Source: Lytechinus pictus (lineage: Eukaryota). From it: a DNA stretch of 64,000 bases. The stretch covers positions 33,170,001 through 33,234,000 of the forward strand of contig NC_087255.1 in NCBI RefSeq assembly GCF_037042905.1, given 5' to 3'. The stretch's first letter is position 1; each line of letters opens with the position of its first letter. Position numbers and translations under genes: made by a program. Positions 23,960 through 37,000 of this stretch are shown one piece after another. The notes below the pieces were generated by a model. The model saw only the letters and a list, made by a program, of their open reading frames with translations. It searched no databases and was not told the DNA's origin.

Positions 23960-24880
23960 AATCGAGCGCGAAGCGCGAGCTATTTTTTTTTTTTTGGAGG
24001 GGGGGGGGGAATTTCATGTATTTTGTCCTGAAAAATTGAAAATTTCGAGCAATGTTTGTGGTCCTGAACAAGATGCGTATGTAGCAAATAATAACCGCGA
24101 ACGTGATCAGTGCGAGCCGCATATCTTTTATATACGCTCTGGTCTGATCGAAAGGGAAGTGTTATCAGGTGGGTGTTTCATAAAGCTGTTCGTAAGTTAA
24201 GAGCGACTTTAAGAACGACTGGTGAACCTTTCTTATGCGCTAAACCATCGCCAATGGTGTACCATTTACCAAAAGAAAGGATCATCAGTCGTTCTTAAAG
24301 TTGCTCTTATCTTACGAACAGCTTTATGAAACACCCACCAGGGCTGTTTGCAGTTACCCATTAAGACGATACATATATCAACAATCAAATAATGCGAGCG
24401 CGAAGCGCGAGCTGAAAAATTTGACATTCCGACCTATATACTGGGACAATCTAAGCACTTTTTGCAATAATGAAGAGGATAGGTATATAACTATAAAATT
24501 GATGCGAGCGCAAAGCGCGAGCGGAAATATAAATGAGATTTCAGACCTAAAAACAGGACATCTAGTAAGCACTTTTCTAATCATGAACAGGATAGGTATA
24601 TAACTAACAATTGATGCGAGCGCGAGCCGAAATAAAAATGAGATTTCAGACCTAAAAACAGGACATCTTAAGCGCTTTTCTAATCATGAACAGGATAGGT
24701 ATATAACTATACAATTGATGCGAGCGCAAAGCGCGAGTGAAAACAAAATTGAGATTTCAGACCTATAATAGGGACATTCTATTCATGTTTTGTAAATCAA
24801 GAAAAAAGGGAAATTGGATATATTCTTATGTTAATAATGTGAGCGCGAAGCGCGAGCAGAAATTTTTTGATATTCTGAAC
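23960..24880. repeat. TE-internal array of GCGAGCGCGAAGCGCGAG motifs with related ~100-bp spacers
   Basis: The motif recurs at about 23963, 24393, 24503, 24615, 24719 and 24839. Spacers share tcagacct...ggaca. Confidence 0.8.
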
Positions 24881-26009
24881 TGAAACTCCTCACTGAATGT
24901 AATATGGTTTGAACAGATAAAGAGAAATCAGACGAACATAAGAATAAAGTTCGATCAAAATCCGACAAGGAATATCAAAGTTATTGCATTTTAAAGATTA
25001 GCATTATTCCGGTTAAACAGTTTTAAGCATGTCTTCATTAATATTCAATGAGCAAACTGATGATGTCATATCCGCACTTGTTCTTTTGTATCTTATTATA
25101 TAAAATTAGGTTTATTTAATATTTTTCCTTCAAGACCCCAAAACAGTTGAATTGACAACTGATTTAGTCTATTAGATATTCTTTGCTGCAACTTATTTCA
25201 TTACAAGGTAGACATATCATTCACACTGGTATGAAAAAATGAAACAATTTTGATTCCATGTAATAACACAAGAAATAGGATAGTGGGGATGTGACATCTT
25301 CAACCCACATGGGTGGAAATCCCAGAGGGGACAGGGGGACGTGTCCCCCCTACCAAAAATAGTAGGGGGACACAATATCAAATGTCCCCCTACTATTGTT
25401 GGTCTTTCATGGAGAAAAATACATCACTTCACAATCGAAATGATACCTTTTGGACTAAATGAGCTTACATTTTGGGTGAAAAACCTTTTTTTTCCCTTTT
25501 TTTTGCTTGTCAGATTTTCCAGGCCCTGGTCCCCCTACCTTTGGGGACAGATTTCCGCACATGTCAACCCCCCTATTAAATATTCATGACGACATGCATA
25601 TCACCATTGTCATAAAATATTGCTAAACTTTAGAATAACTTAACTATTTGTGATCAGATTTTCATAAAATTGTATTTAATGCTACCGGGGCTCTGCCCCA
25701 GTTCCCTTGCAGTGTGGTCTCTTCATCTGTAACATTTTCAAATGGCTGTATTACGGACCCCATGTATTGATCGTTCCAGCATTAAGCTTAACGTTGAAGC
25801 ACTGGGGTAGGTACAGGGGATGGGGGGTGTTCCTCAGCTAGCCAATTAAGGGAAAAAAAAACAAGGAAAGCAACGAAATAAAGGAAAACAATGAAATATG
25901 ATATATTATTTCCTGAATATAATGTAAAAATTAGAATTTCAATTTTAAAAAGGGCAATTTTTTTCTCGCTGGCTTTGTTCGCTGGCGACTTTTTTTTTCA
26001 TTTTCCAAC

Positions 26010-27211
26010 CAGTGGCGTACCGTGGGTCGCGGCATTGGGGGGGCACGAGCAAACATTTTGAGTCACTTAGTGAGCGCAGCGCGCCCAGTTGCCAGGTATA
26101 CTGACCTAATAGAGACATTTTAAGGACAGTGCCATTAAACGGATATGTATCTCACTGGTCAAATAATGCGAGCGCGAAGCGCGAGCTTAAAATTTTTGAT
26201 ATTCAGACCTAAAAAAGGACATTATAAAATTCTTTTGTAATCATGATACGTACCTGTCTCGCTAAATAATGCGAGCGTGAAGCGCGAGCTGAAATTTTTG
26301 TAAATATTGACCCCAAACAGGAAGATTTTAAGGACTATATTTTAGGAATCCGTTAAGAGTATACACATCTCACCATAGTCATCTAATGCGAGTGCCAATA
26401 AGCGCTTGCTGATTTTGTTAGAATTACATCTAAACATATGCACATAAAGCACTTGTAATCATGATTAACATACCCATCTCACTAATCAAATCTTGCGAGC
26501 GCGAAGCGCGAGCTGAAAATTTAGGAAATTCAGACCTGAAGAGGGGCATTTTAAGGCTTGTTTGTAGGAATTCACGAAGACCATACGTAGTTCACTAACC
26601 AAACGGTGCGAGCGCGAAGCGCGAGGTGAAAATTTTTGATATTCAGATCAGAAAAAGGAACATTTTAAGGACTGATTCTAGGAATTCATTGAGAGCAGAC
26701 ATATTTCACCAATCCGCTACTGCTAACGTAAGCACGGACAGGAAATGTTTTATATTAAGACCTTAAAATGGGGCAATCACTTTAGTCATGAAAAAGAAGC
26801 ATACTATTGTACATAAAACAATAACTCGAAGTGCGAGGAAATATATTTGGCAGTTTGGTATATATTGACTTGAAAACGGGAGGTTTTAGTTTTTATCAGG
26901 GTTATATATCTCGGTAAACAGACAATGCGAGCTTCAGGAGCTGCAATGAAAACATAGGCCCTGAGCAAATTATGTTTCATTAAGTTATGAAAAATGTTTC
27001 TTATGTAATATAACATACCATATTATTATGAAATAATATAACATTATAATGAACAATAATGTCTTTTTTCCCACTACGTTTCTCTTTCTTTCTCCCTCTT
27101 TTTCTCCTTTTCCCCGTTTTTTTTTTTTTTTTTTTTGGGGGTCAGCCGATGGGGGGGGGGGGGGGGGGGGGCACGTGCCCCCCCCCATGCCCCCCCGTAG
27201 TTACGCCACTG
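26010..27211. mobile_element. hAT element nested inside the 23046-27895 element
   Basis: Termini cagtggcgta / tacgccactg with a perfect 8-bp TSD TTTCCAAC (26002-26009, 27212-27219). Carries the same gcgagcgcgaagcgcgag array. Confidence 0.88.
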
Positions 27212-30200
27212 TTTCCAACATTTGTATTATGTTGTGCCCCCTCAAAATAATTGGTTTATTACGCAACTGTGTTGTCAAAAGCTTTATTTAATGTATTTAA
27301 TGTTGTGCCTACGCACAATTTGATTAAAAATAGCGGCAATCCGTGAGGTTTAAAATGGCTCTAATATCAAGAGGTTCCGGAGTTCCGCCCCGGACCCCAC
27401 CCGCATAGCAATGGCATATAGATGGAAGGATTATAGGGCTATGGTCCCCAAAAGTTCTACAACCGCAAAGAAAGAAAGGATGAAAGAAAAAAAAAGCAAA
27501 GGAAAAGTGTAAGCTATGTTATTTTCTGAATATCATGTGAAAATCTATCTCAAAGTTAGATTCTCAAGAAAAGGTGATTTTTTTCTCTCGCTTGGAACTC
27601 ACTCAACACGCTACTGCCGCATTGAGCTACGCCCTAATTCTCGCGCACCATCATAAAAAAGAGAAAATGAAGAGTTATATTATTTTCAGAATATCATATA
27701 AAAATCTATCACAAACTTGGATTTTTGTAATAAAAAATGTCGAAATTTTTGCTCGCTCGCTCGTTCCAATTTTATTTTTGTTACAAGAACTTTGCCCGGT
27801 ACGCCATATCTAGCCCCCTCAAAATGTATGCCTTGATATGACCAGGAAATTTTTGACTCTCCCCCCCCCCCGGTCACCTACCCTTTACGCCCCTGTGTGT
27901 TGCTGTTTAGTGTAAGTCGTTTTGGAGGTCATGGCTTGTTTTATGTGCATATTTGCATTATCTCTTTAATATTTGTATGGGAGCTTGTAATGGATTCATT
28001 TTAACTCGATTAAAAAAAATCCGGAAGTTTTTATATCGACGCCAATTCAATGAAATTTTCCAGTTGATGACTTTCTGAACTAAGCATTAACTACCACAGG
28101 GGCGTGTCTTTTGTAGAAAAGGGTTACAGTTCCATCCCATTATGGGGTATGTTCACTCGCTTTGCCCTTTGTTCGATTGCAACTTAATGTGTAATTGATA
28201 TTTCCATGTTTTTGAAGAAAAATTATCTCCATCCTCACCTCCCTCTCTCTCCCCCTCATTCCGTCACTAGATCATCCCCTCTCTCTCTCTCTCTTTCTCT
28301 CTCACGCAAAGTCACCCACACACACCCTATCGAATCAATATTGATTTCCGATTACCTTGCAAAACAATCCTGTTTCCTGTTGTTTTCGATTTTGCTATCT
28401 TTTCTTTATTTATCTTGTCACTTCTCTGGGTCACTTCATGCGAATGTCAGAATTAATTATTGTATATAAGGGGGGGGGGTTGACATCAGGCTTGCCGTTT
28501 TTCGTAATTGGTTAAAAAAATTATCGCGAGGGCGGGGGGGGGGGGCGGGGCTTTCAAATGGACATAATTCCTCGATCTCTGGCTTCTCTGCAGAATACCC
28601 TAAACTTCCCCGAATAAAACAAAAATATTGATTTGATTTGATTGATTTTATTTATTTTATTTCCACATTTCAAAACAAAAACAAAGAATATACAAGTATA
28701 ATATTTTTTTCAATATTACATAAAAGGCAAATATTTTTTTAAACATAATGAATAATGCACATAAATCATTATAAAATATCAACTGTACTGTGAAATTATG
28801 TCTATAAATACATTTTCTTTAATTACTGAACATATATATATAGAAATGTGGGAGACCTCCATCTTAAGCTTGGAGCTTGAAAGTGATGGAGGCCTCGAAA
28901 GGAAAGGGGATATAGAAAACCAGACTGTATAGTGCAATAAAAGAGACTATCTTTTATTGCACAAAATAATAGGAATATATCAAACGTGGATAGGGAATGC
29001 AGAATGCAGAATGCAGAAATAACTATGAAAGCGGGAAATAAACACCACCAAAAATAGATGCTCTATGTTATTAGTCAGTTTACTATTTTAATCAGCCCCG
29101 GGTAATCTGCATGCAGAAACTTTGCCCTGATATCTTGGGTTTTTTACAGGAATTTTTTCATAGGCGGATCCAAAGGGGCTGAAGCTGCCGCCCCCACTAT
29201 TGGCGGTGCAAAAAAGGGGGAAAGAATTTTTTTTAAGAATGGAAGAGAGAGAGAGAGGAGGGAAAAAAGAAAAGGAAAAATGAGAGGAAGAGAGGAATAC
29301 ACGGTAAATAAAAATAAGGTGAGGGAAAGATTATTTTGAACTTAAACTTGAACTTGAAAATTTCTCTCGTGCTTCCCGCAGGGCCCCGGGAACGATTTTT
29401 TTTTGGCAGGGGGCGCTTAAGTAAATTTAACAGGCAAAAAACAAAGGGAGGATCACTAAAAAATGAAGGTCGTTTTGCTCCAAAGGAAGTGAAAAGCAAA
29501 AAAAAGGGGGGGTTGCTAGTTAAGCATAGACCATGAGATAATAAAGGTCACTTTAGACAAATTTGACAAGCAAGCAAAAAAAAAAAGGTCTCAACACAAA
29601 ATGTTGGTCTCCCCCCCCCCCCCCCCCACTTCCCATAGCCAAGGCTAGCTTCTAGCTCGCATTGTCTGTTCAATGAGATTCATACCCAGGGCCGTCGCTA
29701 AAGGGGGGTGGGGTGCGACACCCCCACTATTTTGGATATCGTCGGTAAATCAGCGCTGCCGTCGGGAAAAATGAAAAAAAGGAGCGAAAAAAAAAGAAGG
29801 TAGAAAGAGGAAACAAAAAGGGAAAGAAGAGAAAGAGAAAAAAAAGGAAAAGAAAAAAAGAATTGAATATATGCATGAGCCTTTATTCTTGATATAAAAA
29901 ACGTGTGAAAATGATAAATTTTCAAGTCAAAATATGAAAAGTTCTCTGTTCGCGCTTCTGTACCGACAGTAATGTTCCGGTTTAAAGTCTAAATCTGAAA
30001 AAAATCAGCTCGCACTTCGCGCTCGTTTCATATACATATAGTGAAAATGTTGCCTAAATTTCCCTCGGAATATCAAAAATTTCCACTCGCGCTCCGCGCT
30101 CGCATTGAGATACACAGATTGTTAAATTGCATATGCATATCTGAGTTTGTTCTTTATATATACAAAAATGTGAAAATATAAGTTTTCAAGTCAAAACATC

Positions 30201-30999
30201 AAAAGTTCTCAGCTCGCGCTTCTGTACCGAGAGTGATAAGAATGTCCTGGTTTAAAGTCTAAATCTCAACCAAAATTTCAGCTCTCGCTTTGGGCTTGCA
30301 TCAAAATAATATTTAGTGAGATCAATATTCTCTCCACAAATCTCCTTTATGTTGATGTTGGACCACGGTGCTTAAAATTTCACTTTCGGGTCAGTACTAA
30401 TACCAAAAATTTCAGCGCGCGCTTTGCAATCGCTCTATGTTTTTGAGAAACACACCAATCCATGGACCTACTAGCAAATGTTCAATCTAAGTTTGTTCTT
30501 TATACAAAAACGTGTGAAAATGTTTTTAAGTCAAAATGTCTTTTAAAATTCATAATAATAATGAAATAATAATAATAATTATTGTTATTATTATTAAATG
30601 TATTGTTATTATTATTTATTATGATGATCATTATCATTATTATTATCATCATAAATAGCAGAAATTAAATCAATATTACCTTCTTTTTTTTACTGAGAAC
30701 TTTTTTTTTTTTTTTGGGGGGGGAGGGGGGGCTGTCAAATTAAAACCAGCACCCAGGCAATATAACCCCAGCTATGTGAACTTGATCATGTTGACGTTTT
30801 AATAAGCACTTTTGGAATCATGAAACGAACTTTCATTTGTCCATTCAGGCGCCTTAGACCACTCGGCCCATGACTAGTTCCCTAGCTCGGAGAGGACCTT
30901 AAGCCGTCGGTTCCCTGGTTGCTTATTATAAGACCTCGGCCACTTGTACTGCTTGCACTGTTTCCACAAGACGCGACGACGTTCAGTCAACGAAACCCC

Positions 31000-31048
31000 T
31001 TGTGCGCCATCTCTTGGTCGACCTCTTACAGTCTGCTGCTTTACAAAG
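31000..31048 (+). promoter_or_regulatory. RPL37 core promoter / 5'-TOP (TCT-type) start region
   Basis: gcgccatctcttggtcgacctcttacag: a YY1-like CGCCATCT and pyrimidine tract cctctt, about 25 nt before ATG|gtcagt. Locally CpG-rich. Confidence 0.6.
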
Positions 31049-34000
31049 ATGGTCAGTGATCCTGAAATTCCCAAAGAATCTATGTAATCTAAGAAAATCC
31101 ATCATTATTTATAAGTATTTACAACCTTGTATACATTAATGTGTTATCAGTTTTATAATACGATTATTTTGTTTAAGTAGTTTCCTTATTTGTTGGAAGG
31201 AAAAGTGTCATTTGATGGCCGTAGTGTTCATGAATCACGTCGACGATGTGGCTCGTTTACGTGAACCTAAAAACAATGGGTTTATCAAACAGTACGACTA
31301 CGAGGGCATATTTAATTGAATATGATTCGTAATCTTAACTTGCATGCGTGGTTTGTAGTCATCAGCCTGCAACTGCGAAAATGTTATTAACCATGTTAAT
31401 TAATGCCTTTTCATGTTATTGACAAAAATCCTCGGTACAATCACCCAGACCAGTGACATGTATGAATGATGTTCGGAGGTCGATGAGACCGATGCTTGAC
31501 TGCGGCGCTAATGACTGCTGTTTCGCACCGGTCGATTTCGAGCAAATTTCGACACCAGAAATCTTTTGCAAATGTCATGGCAAGGGCAAGTCTCTCAGTC
31601 ACATCTCGAGGTCAATGAATACGCCCACCAATTTCCCAAATATCTAACCCAGGGAGCTCCCGCCCGCGAAGCGGGTGGGAGCTCAGGGGCTCACCGTGTA
31701 ATTGCCAATTGGCCATAGTCACAGGACTAACGTTAGGGTAGGTTTGGTCAAAATATCTATCAAACTGAATTGTGAAAACAGAAATTATGCACTTACCACG
31801 ATTATATGGATGAAGGTTTAACGTGTGGCAGTATCCTGTCTTCCTGACATCGAGCCTTCGAGGCACAGACTGGAACCTCAAAGTCAAAAATGTAAAGTTC
31901 TGTTGGTAGCTCTCCTTTCAGAATTCAAAACAAAATGGCCGATCGAGACCGAGGCTATAGCACTAGCGCATATGGACTTTGTCAAATTCGCACATGCGCC
32001 CTACACCCTCGGTACCGGTCTCGAACGGCCATTTTGCTATGAATTCTGAAAGGAGAGCTACCGCGACAGAACTTTTCGTTTTTTGAGGTTCCAGTCTGTG
32101 CCTCGATGTAAGAATACTGCCACACGTTAGAGTTCTTAGACCTTCACCTTCATCCATAATCGTGGTAAGTGCATAATTTCTGTTTTCACAATTCAATTTG
32201 ATAGATATTTTGACTATAAATTACCCTAGTCCCGTGACTATGGCCAAATACACGGTGAGCTCCCGCCCGCGAAGGGGCTCACCGTGTATTTGGCCCTGGG
32301 TTACCAAATATCTGGAACGGCTGTAGAGCATAAACAGTCAGTACAGTACAGGTGCACGGCAATATGGGAGACTGTCTCCCATGAGAGAGATTATCTCCGA
32401 TTATTAGAGAGTTTTGTAAAGAATTTGGGTCTCCAATTTCTAATACGAGACAGTATCCAGCTTAATAATTGGGAGACCAATTTCATTTGTTTACATTTGC
32501 TGCAAAAGGATTAACTTGGCGGCAAATAAAAATGTGATAAGCAGATTCCTCATGAAAAATTACCCCTTTTCACCGTCTACTTTAAAAATTCACCTTCTAC
32601 TTTTGTTTTGATAAGGATTTTTGTTGTCATCCACACACAAAACAAACGGGCTTAGTTCTGACCTCAGTGAGACAAAATTTTGGGTGGTAAAAATTGTGCT
32701 TTTGTTGGTGTTTCTTTTGTTCTTTTGCAAAGCAAGTCTCCAATATGGGAGATTGTCTCCCACAGATATTGGAGAGAGTCTCCCATATTGGCCGTGCACC
32801 TCTACTGATAAAGTAGCCTATCTAACTTTAGATTTCTAGATCTATTAACTATTTCACATTTTTAGCTTTGATCTTGATGTCATTGTTTGGACTAGGACAT
32901 TGCTTCGCTTGGCTTTGCCGCAATTTTGATATGGACTGAACCTGAAGTTAGGCCTTCAGTGATCAAAAGATTTGCCGATGGTAGCTCACCCGTTAGCATG
33001 ATTTTGGTCTTCAGTGCATATCAATATGGTATGGTGAAACTCCAAACGATTCCGTCGAGATCAAAGCCGAAATACAGCCGTTCCTGATCGCGATATTTGG
33101 AAAAGTGTGGGCATAGTCATGTGACTGAGAGGCATGCCATGACATTTGCGAACAATTTCTGGTGGGAAAATTTGCTTGAAGTCAGATCTAGTGCGAAACT
33201 GCATTAGCGCCAAGATTACCACCTCTTCTCTCTTGTGAGGACTGAGGGAGGGTGTGTGTGCTTGCTACGTACTTTGTAACGTTAGATTCTAAGTGTAACA
33301 AAACAAATTAAAGTGCTAGATCTAGTTCAGATTCATGATTTTAAGAAAAATTACATGTTCATGCAGGGGGCGGATTCAGGATTTTCCAAGGGGGGGAGGG
33401 GGGGGGTACACTTTCCCAGGAAACGTTGACATGTTTGCAAAACAAAAAAAGGTTTCATTAAAAAATGAAGGTACTGTAACAATCGTGACGTAAACAATAA
33501 GCCCTTCCACTCTTTCATCATAATAATTCTCTTGGAAACTGCATGCTTGGAAAATATTGAGAAATATTGAATATAGAAATATTGAAATAGACAAAAGCTC
33601 ATGTCATCCATCACAGACTGAACACCATCCTGACATAGAGGTCGGAATTGAAGAAATAAGCGAGAGCGGGGCCGGTACTGGTACTGGTAATTTTTTCAAA
33701 TGTACAATTTGACAAGCAAAATTGGAAGAAAAAAATATCAGCACTTGTGTGTGTGTGTGAATGGCATATTCCATATAAAATATTGACTATGACTCTCAAA
33801 GGGGGGGGGGGGGGGGGGACACAGGATGGATGTGCTTCCTGTCACCTTGGATTCGCCACTGAGTTCATGCATGCTGTTTTCATAATCCAGGCCCTGTCCT
33901 AGCTAGCTTAGCTTAGCTAGGGGCAGGGCTATAAGTTTATTAAAAAACAAAATAAAATAGAATCAGTGTCCATAAACAACATTCCTATTGATTCTACCAT

Positions 34001-37000
34001 CGTCAGATCATTCCTCTTCTTGGTCTGCCCGGTTGCTCATTGGAGTAGAACCAATCAACCAACTGCAATGTTGATAGATCCAGGCTTAGCGAAAAATATT
34101 GTGGTTTGCTTTTACCTTTATATTTCCGAATTGCTTTATTTTCCTGAACGATGCTTTAGGAGTGAGGGGCGGATCGAAGGTACAATCGTGGATTCAGGGG
34201 GAACTTTCATCCAAACCCCTTTTTGTTTGCACTTGCAGTAGCATCGTTTAAGGTGACAGGTGCCCTAATTTTTTTTTTTTTTAATGATTTTATTTTTTTG
34301 GTCTCGTTTTCTAGTTTCATGTGTGTACTTCATCATGCAACTTGTTTTATCTCAATATTCTACCTCTTTTTTTAATAAGAGGGGGGTTAAAACATATTTT
34401 CATAAAATTCTCAAACCGGAAGTAGTATTTTACACACCGGAAGTTATTAACTCTGTCCCCAAAACCTTTGATACTGCCTTAAAAAAAATCAGAAAATCCC
34501 CAGATTTTTTTTGGCTGAAGCCCCAGATATTCCATGTAGCAAAGTGGACTACCACCCTCTGTTGGCCAAATAGGGAGAGCTACTGTATTGCACAATATGG
34601 CAGCAACTACAAGTTACATACACTATGTGACAGACATGGCGCGTTACAAATGTCCGTTATTATTAGTATTATAGCCCTTTCTTTATCGTGATATTATACA
34701 AAATTGAGGTTTTTTTAATGAAAAATGTAATAACTCGAGTTCTAATCATTGGATTTGCATGAAATTTTGTAGAATTGTGTATCTTGAAGAGTACAACAAA
34801 ATAATGATAGTTTTTGTGCATGGTACCCCCACAGGTGGAGTTGTGTATAAAAGTCCTTTCTGAATTTCTCATTATCTGACTGCTTGTTTAATCCATAATT
34901 TTTACAATTCTACTCTGAATATTTCTTAAAGCCATCTTAAATTCATCACAAAGAAGTCAGAGAATTGAATTAATCCATCAAAACTTAAATTACACTCTAT
35001 GTTGTGAAGTTATAACCATAGAAAGTTCATATAGAGAAAAATCATGATTTTTAAAGTCATGACTTTGAATGACCATATTTTGCTTATGCATAAAGCTAAT
35101 ATGCCACAGTGCAAATTTTTGTGTAGATCAGCTCATAAGCTTTCCAAAAATATATAGTTTGTTGGGGTACAGGTACTTAGTAAGAATCCTATGCTTGATT
35201 ATATACCCGTAGTCGTTTCCGCACGGTAATAGGGCACCTGTCACCTTAAGAAAAGATTTGAAAAGCATTATGGGAAAAAATAGGTTTAACAGGCCACCAT
35301 ACTTACCACAGTACTAGTAGATCTACCTATCTCTATCGTAGTTGGTCGATTGCTAGAGTTAGAATGATGAGCAACCGTGCAGTGAATGAATGGGATTGAT
35401 CCTTCATGGTATTGATGTTATAAATCACATTTTTTTCTTATTTTTAGTTCAGGGGAGTGTTTCATCAATATTTTCATCCGACAAGTTGTCAGATCTGACA
35501 TCTTTCTGTGATTTTGATTGGCTGAGAGGCACTGTTCCTATGGTAACTGTCGGATAAAATGGGAATTGTCGGATAAAACGTCCGACAAGTCCTTTCATGA
35601 AACGCTCTCCAGGTCCAGGATGACAAAAAAATATATATTTTTTTTTGATAATCAGTGATAATTGATATTAGGCCTACAATTAGTATTATATATCCATAGG
35701 CTACTATTCAGCACTGACAAAATGAGCAGTGAATAAATGGACTGGTGACCATCACTGACCAAATGTCAACTCTTTTACTGAAAATTGCTTCATTTTAGCT
35801 ATAAAAAAAATTAAAAGTAGATCAAGGTCTAGTTGCAGCAAACAATATCAATGATTTTATGAGTCTTTAAAATTGAGGTTGTCACCATATATCACGGTGG
35901 ATCCAACTTACATCAATCTGGTAAATTGACATAAATCTAAATAATTTAGAAAGTTGAAGAATGACTACACTGAAGATTGCAACACTGATAGATCAACGTA
36001 TATTTTATTCTAAGCAACAAACAATTGCACAATTATTTTAAAAAAAAATGAATTTTGTAAATTGGACCATAGGAACTTACCTATACAGTACAGGGGCCGC
36101 GGAACGGTTTTCAAAGTGGGGGGGGGGGGGGCTGAGCCAAAAGTGGGGGGGGGGGGCTGACCATGCAAAAAATCACAATTGTATGGTCATTTTTGCGTTT
36201 TTGTACACGGTTTTGGAAAAAAGTGGGGGGGGGGGGCTGAAGCCCCTGCAGTAGTACATAAATAGTGTCTGAATAAACTGTATAAGCTGACAGATATCCT
36301 CCTAAATGCTAGTTAGCTTTTTGTCATCTAACTCTGTATCTTTACGATTATTTTTGCTTAACAGACGAAGGGTACTTCCAGCTTTGGAAAGCGCCACAAC
36401 AAGACCCACACCTTCTGTAGGAGGTGTGGGCGCCGTAGCTGGCACATCCAGAAGTGTTCCTGTGCAGCCTGTTCATACCCTTGTAAGACCATTAGGAAAT
36501 GTAAGTACTTATTATAAAAAACACAAATGGGGCTCCTAACACAAAGATTAGCGATTAGTCATTAATTTGAAAGAAGAATTCTGATTAGTTCATAGTCTAG
36601 TGAGCATAATGCGCATGCAACGGTGATCTTGATTAATGATAGGCCATTTCAGTTAGCGGTTTATCACTAACCTTTGTGGTGTGGGGCCCAGGGGTTGGTA
36701 TTGGTCAGGGAATATTTACAGGAAATTTATCACATTTTTAAGTTGTGCTTAATTTCGCAGAACAGTTATATGCACAACCTGTGGCCCGTTTCATAAAGGA
36801 CTTGCAACTGTTGTAACTTGGCCATTATGGCAACTACCATGGTAACGGCTCAGCAGCCAATCAGAATCAAGGTTTCCATGGTAGTTGCCATAATGGCAAA
36901 GTTACAACAGTTGCAAGTCCTTTATGAAACGGGGCCCTGGTCTGCATGCAAATGTGGGGACTGATGACATCACTCGCACACTATTTTTTTCTTTATTACA

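Larger units (their letters stand above)
23046..27895. mobile_element. Non-autonomous hAT element expanded by nested insertions (4.85 kb)
   Basis: Termini cagtggcgtaac / tttacgcccctg with a perfect 8-bp TSD TGTGTTGC (23038-23045, 27896-27903). Backbone collinear with 9932-11505. Confidence 0.88.
31500..33212. mobile_element. Old TIR element in RPL37 intron 1 hosting two nested insertions
   Basis: 31500-31644 (ggcgctaatg...caaatgtcatggca...ctctcagtcacat...ccaaatatc) is the degenerate inverted complement of about 33092-33212. Confidence 0.7.

Noticed and set aside
23960-26630. CRISPR-like array (short palindromic repeat with regular spacing)
   Set aside because: The spacers are homologous to each other and about 100 bp long, the array lies inside TSD-bounded transposons, there are no cas genes and the genome is eukaryotic.
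33221-33260. Second TOP-like pyrimidine tract (cctcttctctctt) as an alternative RPL37 start
   Set aside because: No ATG followed by a GT donor nearby. The site at 31049 fits the ATG-only first exon better.
35650-35720. SNORD72-like C/D snoRNA in RPL37 intron 1
   Set aside because: Only a degenerate box C (gtgataa) and a ctga are present, with no terminal stem or verifiable rRNA guide. An Rfam search would be needed.
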